Source of the DNA: Escherichia phage vB_EcoM-Ro157lw
Direction: 5' to 3' (one strand)
Sequence record: MH051335.1
Length of the DNA stretch: 64,000 nucleotides
In this document: positions 8,854 to 17,667 of the stretch, piece by piece
Position numbering within the stretch: position 1 is the first letter of the stretch
Layout: the number at the start of each line of letters is the position of its first letter
Made by a program: the position numbers and the translations under genes
The notes under the pieces: generated by a model
What the model saw: the letters and a program-made list of their open reading frames with translations, nothing else
What the model was told of the DNA's origin: nothing
Databases searched by the model: none

Positions 8854-9068
8854 CAGTCTTCACCTTGAGATTCAAGACAAGTAAGAACAAGCCACGTCAT
8901 CGGAAGAATCAAAACCAGAGAAATAAGTGACCAAATGGACCAACACAAGATGACAGACTTGAATGTGTGAACGTCGCCAAACGCAGCAGTGAAACAAAAT
9001 CCCATTACGAAAGCAATCGCTGTGGAGTGATTATCAATGGCTTTGATGGCGCGGTCGATGAGTTTCAT
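8853..9068 (-). CDS. small membrane protein with two predicted TM segments (holin candidate, unproven)
   Basis: ORF track; GGAGGT SD; hydrophobic stretches. Confidence 0.5.
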   Translation of the reverse strand: MKLIDRAIKAIDNHSTAIAFVMGFCFTAAFGDVHTFKSVILCWSIWSLISLVLILPMTWLVLTCLESQGED

Positions 9069-9149
9069 ATTACCTCCGGTTTTGAGTTAATATGATTATA
9101 ATGCAGAATTTCAGAAAGGCAAACTTTTTGTGAATTTAAATTAAAAAAA

Positions 9150-9170
9150 TGGCCAGAAATAATCTGGCCA
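9150..9170 (-). terminator. minus-strand-oriented hairpin (7-bp stem, A7 before and A5 after on plus = U-tract on minus)
   Basis: TGGCCAG/CTGGCCA inverted repeat in the divergent region. Confidence 0.4.
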
Positions 9171-9246
9171 AAAAGATCACCCTTTATCCACTACTAAGCT
9201 GGAATCATAATTTTACTTGATATAGCTGTCTCAAGCAAACTATAAT

Positions 9247-10707
9247 ATGAATAAAATATTAACACATAATTGGAAAGTCATGTACCAGTTGAATCCTGCT
9301 TTAAGAGAAGTCTGGAAGACGAAAGCGCGATACAAAGTCATATACGGCGGTCGTGCATCTTCCAAATCGCACGATGCCGCTGGTTTTGCTATTTATTTGG
9401 CGGCAAACTTCAAATTAAAATTCCTTTGCGTTCGACAATTCCAGAACAAGATTTCTGAATCAGTATATACGCTATTAAAAGATAAAATAGAGATTTCTGA
9501 TTTTAAAGACGAGTTCAACTTATTAAAGAACTCTATTGAACACAAAAGAACAAAATCTGAATTTTTATTTTACGGTATCGCACGCAACGTTGACGAAATC
9601 AAATCAACAGAAGGTGTTGATGTTCTTTGGCTTGAAGAAGCGCATGCACTGACTGAAGAGCAATGGGACATCATTGAGCCGACAATTCGTAAGGAAGGGT
9701 CCGAAATATGGATCATATTTAACCCTGATGAAGAGGCTGATTTTGTCTACCAGAACTTTGTCATGCGACCGCCGAAGAATGCCATCGTTAAGAAGATTAA
9801 CTGGCAGGACAACCCATTCTTGTCGCAAACAATGCTGGATGTTATAGCTGGCATGTATGAGCGCGACCCGAAAAAGGCAGAACACGTTTATGGCGGAGTA
9901 CCGAAGACTGGCGGCGACAAGTCGGTCATCAACCGTGCATTTGTCAAGGCCGCGCTAAACCTCCACAAACACCCTACGCTGGGGTGGAGCTTGTCAGGGT
10001 CTAACCGTATAGGCTTCGACGTGGCGGACGACGGCGACGACTTAAACGCCACAGCGTTTGTCACAGGCAACGTATTACGTGGCATCAAGACATGGGAAGG
10101 TCTGGAAGATGAATTGCTTAAGTCCGCAAGCGGAGTTTGGAAAGACGCATTGACATTCGGCGCATCAATCACCTATGACGCCATCGGTGTTGGTGCATTT
10201 GCTGGTTCAAAATTTGATGAGCTTAATGAGTATGCAATCCATGAAAATCCAACATTCCCAAGAATCGAATTTAATGCGTTCAACGCGCAAGGTGCTGTTG
10301 ATGATCCTGATGACGTTTTCCTTGAGTTACCACACGTTGAAATACTCAATAAAGACCATTTCGCAAACATAAAAGCGCAAAAATGGACTGAGATTGCCGA
10401 ACGATTCAGAAAGACATATGAGTATGCGACAGGGCAAGCCGTATATCCGACCGATGAGTTGATTTCCATCGACACAGACGGCATCCCAGAACTTGGTATT
10501 CCCGCTTGGTCTGCCGAAGAAATTGAGACGTTTCTTTTTGAGATGTCAGCACCGCGCAAAGACACGTCTGTTCTTGGTAAGTTCAAAGTTGAATCGAAAA
10601 AAGATATGGCAAAGCGTGGAGTCAAATCGCCTAACAAAGCGGACGCAGCAATCATGGCATTGATGAAACCAATTGTTGCAGCATCCGGCTTCTTCTCTAA
10701 CCTTTAA
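9247..10707 (+). CDS. terL: terminase large subunit
   Basis: Deviant Walker A GGRASSKS, Walker B VDVLWLEEA; position ahead of portal. Confidence 0.8.
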   Translation: MNKILTHNWKVMYQLNPALREVWKTKARYKVIYGGRASSKSHDAAGFAIYLAANFKLKFLCVRQFQNKISESVYTLLKDKIEISDFKDEFNLLKNSIEHKRTKSEFLFYGIARNVDEIKSTEGVDVLWLEEAHALTEEQWDIIEPTIRKEGSEIWIIFNPDEEADFVYQNFVMRPPKNAIVKKINWQDNPFLSQTMLDVIAGMYERDPKKAEHVYGGVPKTGGDKSVINRAFVKAALNLHKHPTLGWSLSGSNRIGFDVADDGDDLNATAFVTGNVLRGIKTWEGLEDELLKSASGVWKDALTFGASITYDAIGVGAFAGSKFDELNEYAIHENPTFPRIEFNAFNAQGAVDDPDDVFLELPHVEILNKDHFANIKAQKWTEIAERFRKTYEYATGQAVYPTDELISIDTDGIPELGIPAWSAEEIETFLFEMSAPRKDTSVLGKFKVESKKDMAKRGVKSPNKADAAIMALMKPIVAASGFFSNL

Positions 10708-10710
10708 CAA

Positions 10711-10950
10711 TTAAAGCATTCCGTGCTGAAGGTCGAGCTTTCTTGCGGCAAACGACCTGGCACGGAATCGCTTACCCGCCCTTACTGCCTGTCGAATTTT
10801 CTTTTGCAAACACTTACGGTCAAAATCGTTGCGGTCGACGGCTTCGAGTAAATCGCGACGCAGTGCACCCAGTGTCGACTTATCGGAGACTTCGACGCCG
10901 AGCGCGGCTGCAACATCTTTCAAAACATCGAGTTCGGTTAAAGTTCTCAT
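10711..10950 (-). CDS. hypothetical protein with Rho-N/SAP-like N-terminus and basic tail
   Basis: ORF track; motif LTELDVLKDVAAALGV; AAGGGG SD. Confidence 0.5.
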   Translation of the reverse strand: MRTLTELDVLKDVAAALGVEVSDKSTLGALRRDLLEAVDRNDFDRKCLQKKIRQAVRAGKRFRARSFAARKLDLQHGML

Positions 10951-11363
10951 TTAATAATCCCCTTGATGTCTGATTCTGCCATGAAGATTGGAGTGCCGCC
11001 GCCAGGAACAATCGAGCGCGTAACTTTGTCAAACATATCGTTTTCTTCAACTTGAATACGATAAAATTTATTTTTGGATGAAGATGGGCACAATCCCATA
11101 AATTTGCCGATTCCGCGAACGCATTCATCTTCAAAGTATACTGTTTCACCTTGAATGGAGTCGATATTGTCTACTGGATAGACTTTGCGACCCAACAACC
11201 ACTCATCCAAAGTCGCCTGCAAGACGTTTCGCGCATCTAAAATCCACGGGTCAATAGTAGCACCTTCGTATCGCGCAGCAGTGGCCTTTGCCAGTTCTTC
11301 ATATTCGCATACGTTAACGACTTCGCCGTTGTGTAGGACGACAAATACAATTGTTGTGCTCAT
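10947..11363 (-). CDS. hypothetical protein
   Basis: ORF track; AGGAG SD; 4-bp overlap with downstream gene. Confidence 0.55.
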   Translation of the reverse strand: MSTTIVFVVLHNGEVVNVCEYEELAKATAARYEGATIDPWILDARNVLQATLDEWLLGRKVYPVDNIDSIQGETVYFEDECVRGIGKFMGLCPSSSKNKFYRIQVEENDMFDKVTRSIVPGGGTPIFMAESDIKGIIK

Positions 11364-11458
11364 TTCAATCTCCTTTCGTTTGGTTAACTAAAATATAACT
11401 CAAAATGATACAAAAGCAAAATATTTTATGAACTATTTATGATCACCATACATATCAT

Positions 11459-11487
11459 TTGCTTACAAACACATGAATATTTATAAT
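11459..11487 (+). promoter_or_regulatory. sigma70-like promoter TTGCTT-N17-TATAAT upstream of portal
   Basis: Hexamers read directly. Confidence 0.4.
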
Positions 11488-11525
11488 ATAGATTGATTCC
11501 CTTTCACTGTCAGGTGGCGTTAACA

Positions 11526-13901
11526 ATGAAAATTCTTGGCATAAAACTCTGGGAGAAGACGCAACCAGAAGCCGAACCAGCGGAGATGCCGCCAGGCGAC
11601 CCATTGGCACCGTTTGAACGCCTTGAAAGGCGCGGCAGCGGTCAACGCTGGGAAAAGACTGAAAGCAATCGACCGACCTTTAAAACGGTTGATGACTTCC
11701 CTTTATATGAGCCTGATATTAATGGCGATGGTGTTGCAATCATAAAAGGTCGTTCAGTCGATTCCGCAACAGTATCCAAAAAGGTTATGGATAATGCCTT
11801 AAAGAACATCAGTTCAGAAGGGCAAGTCAACCCATACACAGTACCTATTCAACTTCAAAACTGGTATTTGTCACAGTCATTCATCGGCTATCAAGCTTGC
11901 GCAATTATAGCGCAGCACTGGCTGGTGAACAAGGCTTGTTCCATGGTAGGCCGCGATGCGGTCCGTAAAGGCTGGGAAGTTAAATCCAGTTCTGAGTCAG
12001 AATTGTCAGTACAAGCCAGCGAACGCCTAAAGCAAATTGATAAAGAATTTAATATCAAAGAGCACTTAGTTGAAGCCGAACGATTCAAAAATATTTTTGG
12101 TATCCGCGTCATCATATTTGATGTGCGTAGCGATGACCCAGAATATTACAGCAAGCCTTTTAACATTGATGGTGTGACAAAGGGGTCTTATAAGGGAATC
12201 ATTCAGGTTGACCCTTATTGGATGATGCCATTTTTGACGTCTGAAAACACCGCCGACCCTGCATCACAGCACTTCTATGATCCAGAATACTGGGTGATCA
12301 GTGGACAACGTTATCATCGAAGTCACCTCATCATCTTGCGCAATGATGAGCCAGCTGATATTCTCAAGCCAACTTATATTTACGGCGGCATTCCTCTGAC
12401 TCAGCAGATTTATGAACGCATCTATGCCGCTGAACGTACCGCTAACGAAGCGCCATTGCTGGCGATGTCCAAGCGTACAACCACGCTGCGGACCGACGTT
12501 GACAAGGCTATTGCCAATGAGCGGTCTTTTGCAGAACGTCTGATGATGTGGATCAAGTACCGCGACAACTATGCAGTCAAAGTGCTTGGCCAAAAAGAAG
12601 AGATGGACCAGTTTGACATCAACTTGTCAGACTTCGACAGCATCATCATGAACCAGTACCAGCTTGTGGCCGCAATCGCAAAAGTTCCGTCGACCAAACT
12701 GCTTGGGACTTCGCCAAAAGGCTTTAACGCCACTGGTGAATTCGAGATGGTCAGCTATCACGAAGAGTTGGAAACGTGCCAGCAGCATGACCTGACAAAA
12801 ATTCTCGACCGCCATTACAAAATCCTTCTCAAATCAGAAGGGGTGGATGTCGATGTTAAGGTTGCATGGGAACCAGTTGGCTCACTTACTGCTACTCAAC
12901 TTGCAGAAATCAATGATAAGCGAGCCAACACTGGCAAAACTCTTATTGATGCTGGCGTCATTTCTCCTGATGAAGAGCGCGACCGCATCAAAGACGACAA
13001 AAACAGCGGCTACAACCGTCTGCCGGAAGACGCAGCAGAAGAAACCCCAGGGATGTCTCCAGAGAATATGGCATTGCTTGGCAAGTCTGCTGGTGAAGTC
13101 CTGCAAGGTAAGGCCGATATTGAACAGGCGAAAGCTGATGTCGTTAAGATGGGCGGCCAGTTCTATAGCGAAACAGGTATTATGCCAGAGGGTGCCGCGC
13201 GTGGTGAGTTGGCGGAAAACCCTGACAAGGCGCCTGTCGAAATCAACATGGACGATACCGATGATGAATCAAGCCATCAGGTTGATGTCCTAACGCAGTT
13301 GAAAGAAGGGCTGGAGGGTATTGCGGATTACTACCTGAAAGAAGGTCAGGATGTGGATTTTGACCCTCAAAAAGATTCACGGTCGGTGCAACCGTCTACC
13401 CTTCCAAGCGTTAAAGGACACGTCGTCAACTTACGCCACAACGTGGGTAAAATGGACGCAGCATCATTACCTAAGATGAAGTTGCACGGAATGATTCTTG
13501 GCATTGAGAATCCGCGAAACAGCATTCGTAGAGGAAACAGCCTTGACGGTGAATGGGCCGTGAAGATGCCGCACCACTACGGATTCATCAAGGGCACCAA
13601 GGGCGCAGACGGTGATGAAGTCGACTGCTTTGTGGGTCCAAATCTGAAGTCGCCGAAAGTCTTTATCGTGAACCAAAACGATAACTACTCTGGCGAGTTT
13701 GATGAACACAAGTGTATGCTTGGATTCGATTCAGCAGAAGAAGCGAAAGAAGCTTATCAAGCATCATTTGGTAACGGTTGGAACGGATTCGACTCAATCC
13801 ACGAATTAGATGTGAACTCATTCAAGGAGTGGTTGAAGGGTGATTGCTCTCAAGCATACGGAGCACTCAATAATCCTACTAATTCACCGAAGCAAGGTTG
13901 A
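11526..13901 (+). CDS. portal protein with ~250-aa C-terminal extension
   Basis: Position between terminase and MuF-like gene; portal-like N-terminal two-thirds; ATG at 11526 with AGGTGG SD (track extends to TTG 11493). Confidence 0.65.
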   Translation: MKILGIKLWEKTQPEAEPAEMPPGDPLAPFERLERRGSGQRWEKTESNRPTFKTVDDFPLYEPDINGDGVAIIKGRSVDSATVSKKVMDNALKNISSEGQVNPYTVPIQLQNWYLSQSFIGYQACAIIAQHWLVNKACSMVGRDAVRKGWEVKSSSESELSVQASERLKQIDKEFNIKEHLVEAERFKNIFGIRVIIFDVRSDDPEYYSKPFNIDGVTKGSYKGIIQVDPYWMMPFLTSENTADPASQHFYDPEYWVISGQRYHRSHLIILRNDEPADILKPTYIYGGIPLTQQIYERIYAAERTANEAPLLAMSKRTTTLRTDVDKAIANERSFAERLMMWIKYRDNYAVKVLGQKEEMDQFDINLSDFDSIIMNQYQLVAAIAKVPSTKLLGTSPKGFNATGEFEMVSYHEELETCQQHDLTKILDRHYKILLKSEGVDVDVKVAWEPVGSLTATQLAEINDKRANTGKTLIDAGVISPDEERDRIKDDKNSGYNRLPEDAAEETPGMSPENMALLGKSAGEVLQGKADIEQAKADVVKMGGQFYSETGIMPEGAARGELAENPDKAPVEINMDDTDDESSHQVDVLTQLKEGLEGIADYYLKEGQDVDFDPQKDSRSVQPSTLPSVKGHVVNLRHNVGKMDAASLPKMKLHGMILGIENPRNSIRRGNSLDGEWAVKMPHHYGFIKGTKGADGDEVDCFVGPNLKSPKVFIVNQNDNYSGEFDEHKCMLGFDSAEEAKEAYQASFGNGWNGFDSIHELDVNSFKEWLKGDCSQAYGALNNPTNSPKQG
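13476..13898 (+). other. inorganic-pyrophosphatase-like segment within the portal C-terminal extension
   Basis: KMPHHYGFIKGTKGADGDEVDCFV matches the family-I pyrophosphatase signature D-[SGDN]-D-[PE]-[LIVMF]-D-[LIVMGAC] and the preceding YPxNYGxI..T pattern (recalled, not searched). Confidence 0.4.
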
Positions 13902-13902
13902 T

Positions 13903-14754
13903 ATGGCTTTTAAAGCTTCGAAAAAACGTGAACGCCGCTCACCCGATAGAATCGGGCGCGGCAGTCCGATAATCCCATCAAACGCTATTGCGATGGCCTA
14001 CCGTCGTGAGATGAAAGGTCTTTGCTATGCGATGATTGATGACTATCAGGCAGGAATTTCAGAGTGGCTTGAAAAGAAGCAGGTGCAGAAGTTCTTTGCG
14101 CAAGACTCTGCTGATTCAACATTCCAAACTCTTATGAAACGTCTGCAGCTGAAATGGGCAAAGGCGTTTGCTCGTGTTGGGTCGAAGATTGCCGCTGATT
14201 TTATCAAGTCGGTTGAAAAGGGTGCTACTTCTGCTACATTCGCCAGCCTTAAGTCCGCAGGCATAGAAGCGCCAAAGGCCACATATAACAAATTCGTTGA
14301 GAACACTCTTAGAACAAGCGAGACGTTTAACACGACTCTAGTGACTAAGGTCGGCGAGGATATTCACAACAGAGTGTACGAAGCAGTCATGCTTTCGCTG
14401 ACTTCGCCCGACCCAGCCCAGCAAGGCACGTCAGGCATTCAGGCGGCGCTGCGAAACGTAAAACACTTCTCTGCAAAGAGAGTCGACTTAATCGCTAAAG
14501 ACCAGACAAGCAAATTGTATTGCGTTCTAAGCGATGAAAGGATGCGCCAGAATGGAGTTGAAGAATTTGAATGGGCGCACTCAGGAGCAGGAAAGGAGCC
14601 GCGAATCTCTCATGAACACGTCGACGGAATGAGATTTAAACTTGATGACAAGCGCCTATGGGAAGTTGGCGGAGAATTGAAGTTCAAAAAGGGTGACATC
14701 GGTCCTCCTGGATGGGCAATACACTGCAAGTGCAGGAAAATACCAATCATTTGA
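13903..14754 (+). CDS. head morphogenesis protein (MuF / SPP1 gp7-like)
   Basis: Position directly after portal; ATG at 13903. Confidence 0.55.
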   Translation: MAFKASKKRERRSPDRIGRGSPIIPSNAIAMAYRREMKGLCYAMIDDYQAGISEWLEKKQVQKFFAQDSADSTFQTLMKRLQLKWAKAFARVGSKIAADFIKSVEKGATSATFASLKSAGIEAPKATYNKFVENTLRTSETFNTTLVTKVGEDIHNRVYEAVMLSLTSPDPAQQGTSGIQAALRNVKHFSAKRVDLIAKDQTSKLYCVLSDERMRQNGVEEFEWAHSGAGKEPRISHEHVDGMRFKLDDKRLWEVGGELKFKKGDIGPPGWAIHCKCRKIPII

Positions 14755-14761
14755 GGTCATT

Positions 14762-15682
14762 ATGACGATACCAATCAGCACGTTTCCTATATCTGGACAA
14801 ACGCCAGTATTACCTGCTGTATATGCGAACGGTTTGGCGATTGTTTCAGAATTTACATCCGATAAAAATTTGATTGTTCCATTGAGTCCGCCATTGGCAT
14901 CTGGATACAATTCAGTCGGCCAATTCTTTATGATCGGTAATGATGGCGATTCTACCAGCAAGCCGAATCTGACACTTTCAGTTCCCAAAATGGACATAAC
15001 AGACGTGCAGACTGGTTTAACTGCATCTACAATCACCATCGCTTTTGGAGAAGCGGTGATTATAGGCATGGAGTCTGGAGGGTCCAAGAATGCTGTCGCC
15101 GTTAAGGTAGTCAAATCCAGCGGCAACCAATACACGTTACCAGCGGCAACGGCTTCTGTTCTCGGCGGCGTCAAGATAGGAAGTGGCATAAGTGTTGCAG
15201 GTGACGGTACAATTAGTGTTACTCAATACTCGTTACCGATTGCATCAGCATCAACCTTGGGTGGCGTAAAAGTAGGAACGACACTATCAATTGATGGTTC
15301 TGGCGTCCTTAATGCTGCTGCAAGCACTGTGCAGAACGCAAGCAACAGCGTAAGCAATCCTCCGACAACTCTGGTGAATCTGGCAACCTTAAACCTGCCT
15401 GCAGGGAAATGGCTTGTGACAGCAAGTCAGTTGACTGTCGCGACAGAAGGAGTTCAAGCGAATACCGGAATTACAGTAAAATTGTCAACAAGTAATTCAG
15501 ATATTACGGATGATGCATTCACGATGTCTGCTGGCATTCGGGCTGCAGGTCGTTTCGGCGGCAATATTCCAACAAAGATAATTACTCTTGCCGCGCCTGG
15601 CAACGTGTATCTAAACTATCAATGCACAGACGCATTGACATCTACCGTTTACGGACAGATCACCGCAATTAAGTTGAACTAA
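14762..15682 (+). CDS. fiber-like protein with tandem ~25-aa repeats
   Basis: Repeats ATASVLGGVKIGSGISVAGDGTISV / ASASTLGGVKVGTTLSIDGSGVL; ATG at 14762 with GAGGT SD. Confidence 0.55.
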   Translation: MTIPISTFPISGQTPVLPAVYANGLAIVSEFTSDKNLIVPLSPPLASGYNSVGQFFMIGNDGDSTSKPNLTLSVPKMDITDVQTGLTASTITIAFGEAVIIGMESGGSKNAVAVKVVKSSGNQYTLPAATASVLGGVKIGSGISVAGDGTISVTQYSLPIASASTLGGVKVGTTLSIDGSGVLNAAASTVQNASNSVSNPPTTLVNLATLNLPAGKWLVTASQLTVATEGVQANTGITVKLSTSNSDITDDAFTMSAGIRAAGRFGGNIPTKIITLAAPGNVYLNYQCTDALTSTVYGQITAIKLN

Positions 15683-15692
15683 AGAGGAAGTT

Positions 15693-15830
15693 ATGCAAAA
15701 GATTATTCAGTCACGTTACGTTAAAGTGCGAAATATTAATTGCAACTCTTTGCTTTCTTGGAAATGGGCTGTTTACGACTCGATGCTGATTGGCGTTTTA
15801 GTTGCTGGAGTGCTTTTTAATATTCACTGA
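15693..15830 (+). CDS. small hypothetical membrane peptide (45 aa); below ORF-track size cutoff
   Basis: ATG with AAGAGGA SD; hydrophobic C-terminus MLIGVLVAGVLF. Confidence 0.4.
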   Translation: MQKIIQSRYVKVRNINCNSLLSWKWAVYDSMLIGVLVAGVLFNIH

Positions 15831-15865
15831 ATCGCCTGGCAATGGATTGCCGCAGGATTTTACGC

Positions 15866-16136
15866 GTATAATGACGTATCATCCGTATCAAGTAAGTAGT
15901 TGTTTTCAAAAGAATCTTACGGATGATACGGATGATACGCGTTGCCGCGATAATTTATAGGAATTCAAATAAATTAATTTAAAATTATATATCTAATTTA
16001 ATTTTATTTTTTTATAAACTCTTATATATGAAAAGTATCCGTATCATCCGTATCATCCGTAGCACACCAGTGATAGCGCGGCTTATACACCGATACGGAT
16101 AAAAATACGCCTCATTTTATCCGTATCATCCGTATC
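15866..16136. repeat. iteron-like region: GTATCATCCG at 15876, 16041, 16050, 16123; inverted tandem CGGATGATAC at 15920 and 15929; ~90-bp AT-rich tract at 15951-16040
   Basis: Direct reading; coordinates anchored to ORF-track boundaries. Confidence 0.85.
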
Positions 16137-16194
16137 ACACTAATTAAGGCGCGGCTATATCGGTTGTTATACATATTCAAACCATAATTATTGT

Positions 16195-16223
16195 TTGCCT
16201 AAGTTTTTTTCATTAGATATAAT
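16195..16223 (+). promoter_or_regulatory. sigma70-like promoter TTGCCT-N17-TATAAT upstream of the scaffold/capsid genes
   Basis: Hexamers read directly, just after the iteron region. Confidence 0.4.
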
Positions 16224-16246
16224 ACACAATACTTATTTGAGGGTGG

Positions 16247-17665
16247 ATGCGAATGCAAACGGCACGCGAAATTGACAAAAATGGATTCTTGACGATTGTG
16301 GGTTGTCCCATTTCGTCATTTGGCATTTTTGATTATTCTGCAGGTCAGGTTGGACTTGATGGTGATCCGAATCGCATCGTAAAAGTTTATCGCCCAGAGT
16401 CAGCGGTGAAAGACCCCGAAGCGATAGATTCATTCAAAAATATCCCTTTCATCGACAATCACGAAATGCTTTCTGGATTCGAAGGTGATGAGGATAACAC
16501 AGCACCCGAAGAGTATGGCGTTGATGGCGTTCTGACTGGCAATGTTTATTATGACAAGCCATGGATGCGCGGCGACCTTAAAGTTTTTAGCCGTCGTCTG
16601 AAGAAGGCCATCGATTCTGGAAAGGTTGACTTGTCTTTGGGCTATGACTGTGAATTCATCATACAGTCTGGAGAGTTTGACGGGCAGCCGTATGAAGTGG
16701 TACAGACAACTCTTCGCGGCAACCACATTGCTCTCGTGGACGTTGGTCGAGTACCAGGTGCACGGGTGCTGGATGGTCGTTGCTTTGACCATCTTTGTTT
16801 GACGACTGTAACACCATCCAACGAGGATTTAGACATGCCAAAACCGTTAAAAGGTAAAGCGCGTGATAATGCTGTTGAACAGCTGAAATCACTGATCCCT
16901 GCGCTCGAACAATTTCTGAATGAAGAGAGCACCGAAGCTGCTCATCAGGACGAAGTTGAAGTGAAAGCAGAAGAGAAGGATTCAACCGAAGAACGTGAAG
17001 AAGTGATGGTTGATCCAGAAGTCAAAGCAGAAGCTGAAGAGACTCCAGAAGGTGAAGAGAAGTTTGAAGTTGAAACTGAATCTCACGCTGGCGGCGAGCT
17101 TCCGCAACTGATCAGCCAAATCGAAGCACTTATTGCAAAACTGAAAGGTGGCGCGGTAGGTGATGAAGAAGAAGTTGAAGCCGAAGTCAAAGACGAAGAA
17201 GTTGAAGTCAAGGCTGAAGATGTATCACCTTGCGACAAAGCTGAAGATGTGGTTAGCGGCCTGCAAAACAGCAACGTAAAGGGGGCTTCGGTCGAAAAAG
17301 ATGACAAACCGACAAAAGCGGCGAAAGCGTCGCCAGGTCCAGCAAAAGGGGAACACTCAATGGCATCTGATTCAGCAGTTGCTGCTTTCTACGCTGATTC
17401 TGCTCGTAAGAATAGCCTCTACCAGCGCCTGTCTAAAGTTGTTGGTGCCTTTGATCATGCAACTATGGACTCCAAGTCCGTAGCGAAATATGGCGCTAAA
17501 AAGTTAGGCTTGAAGTGCGTTGATGGTGCTGAGTTTGACGTGGTGGATAATTATCTGCGCGGCGTTGAACACGGTCAAAAACAGCGTGTAGTCGCAAAAC
17601 AAAAGGCCGCTGCGGATTCTGCAGCAACTGACGAAGCATTTGAAGCTTGGTTGAAAGGGGAATAA
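16247..17665 (+). CDS. capsid scaffolding protein (N-terminal domain possibly prohead-protease-like; acidic central region)
   Basis: Position before capsid gene; E-rich low-complexity centre. Confidence 0.5.
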   Translation: MRMQTAREIDKNGFLTIVGCPISSFGIFDYSAGQVGLDGDPNRIVKVYRPESAVKDPEAIDSFKNIPFIDNHEMLSGFEGDEDNTAPEEYGVDGVLTGNVYYDKPWMRGDLKVFSRRLKKAIDSGKVDLSLGYDCEFIIQSGEFDGQPYEVVQTTLRGNHIALVDVGRVPGARVLDGRCFDHLCLTTVTPSNEDLDMPKPLKGKARDNAVEQLKSLIPALEQFLNEESTEAAHQDEVEVKAEEKDSTEEREEVMVDPEVKAEAEETPEGEEKFEVETESHAGGELPQLISQIEALIAKLKGGAVGDEEEVEAEVKDEEVEVKAEDVSPCDKAEDVVSGLQNSNVKGASVEKDDKPTKAAKASPGPAKGEHSMASDSAVAAFYADSARKNSLYQRLSKVVGAFDHATMDSKSVAKYGAKKLGLKCVDGAEFDVVDNYLRGVEHGQKQRVVAKQKAAADSAATDEAFEAWLKGE

Positions 17666-17667
17666 AC

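Noticed and set aside
10173-10655. 160-aa minus-strand ORF inside the terminase gene
   Set aside because: Fully antisense to a well-supported gene; no SD.
13476-13898. Alternative reading of the portal C-terminal extension as chance similarity
   Set aside because: Not fully rejected: the signature match is specific, but the segment is shorter than a full pyrophosphatase, so it is reported as a finding at moderate confidence rather than as a firm annotation.
15866-16136. Possible CRISPR-like array
   Set aside because: Repeat unit is only 9-10 bp, in mixed orientation, without regular spacer lengths and without cas genes; it is an iteron-type array.
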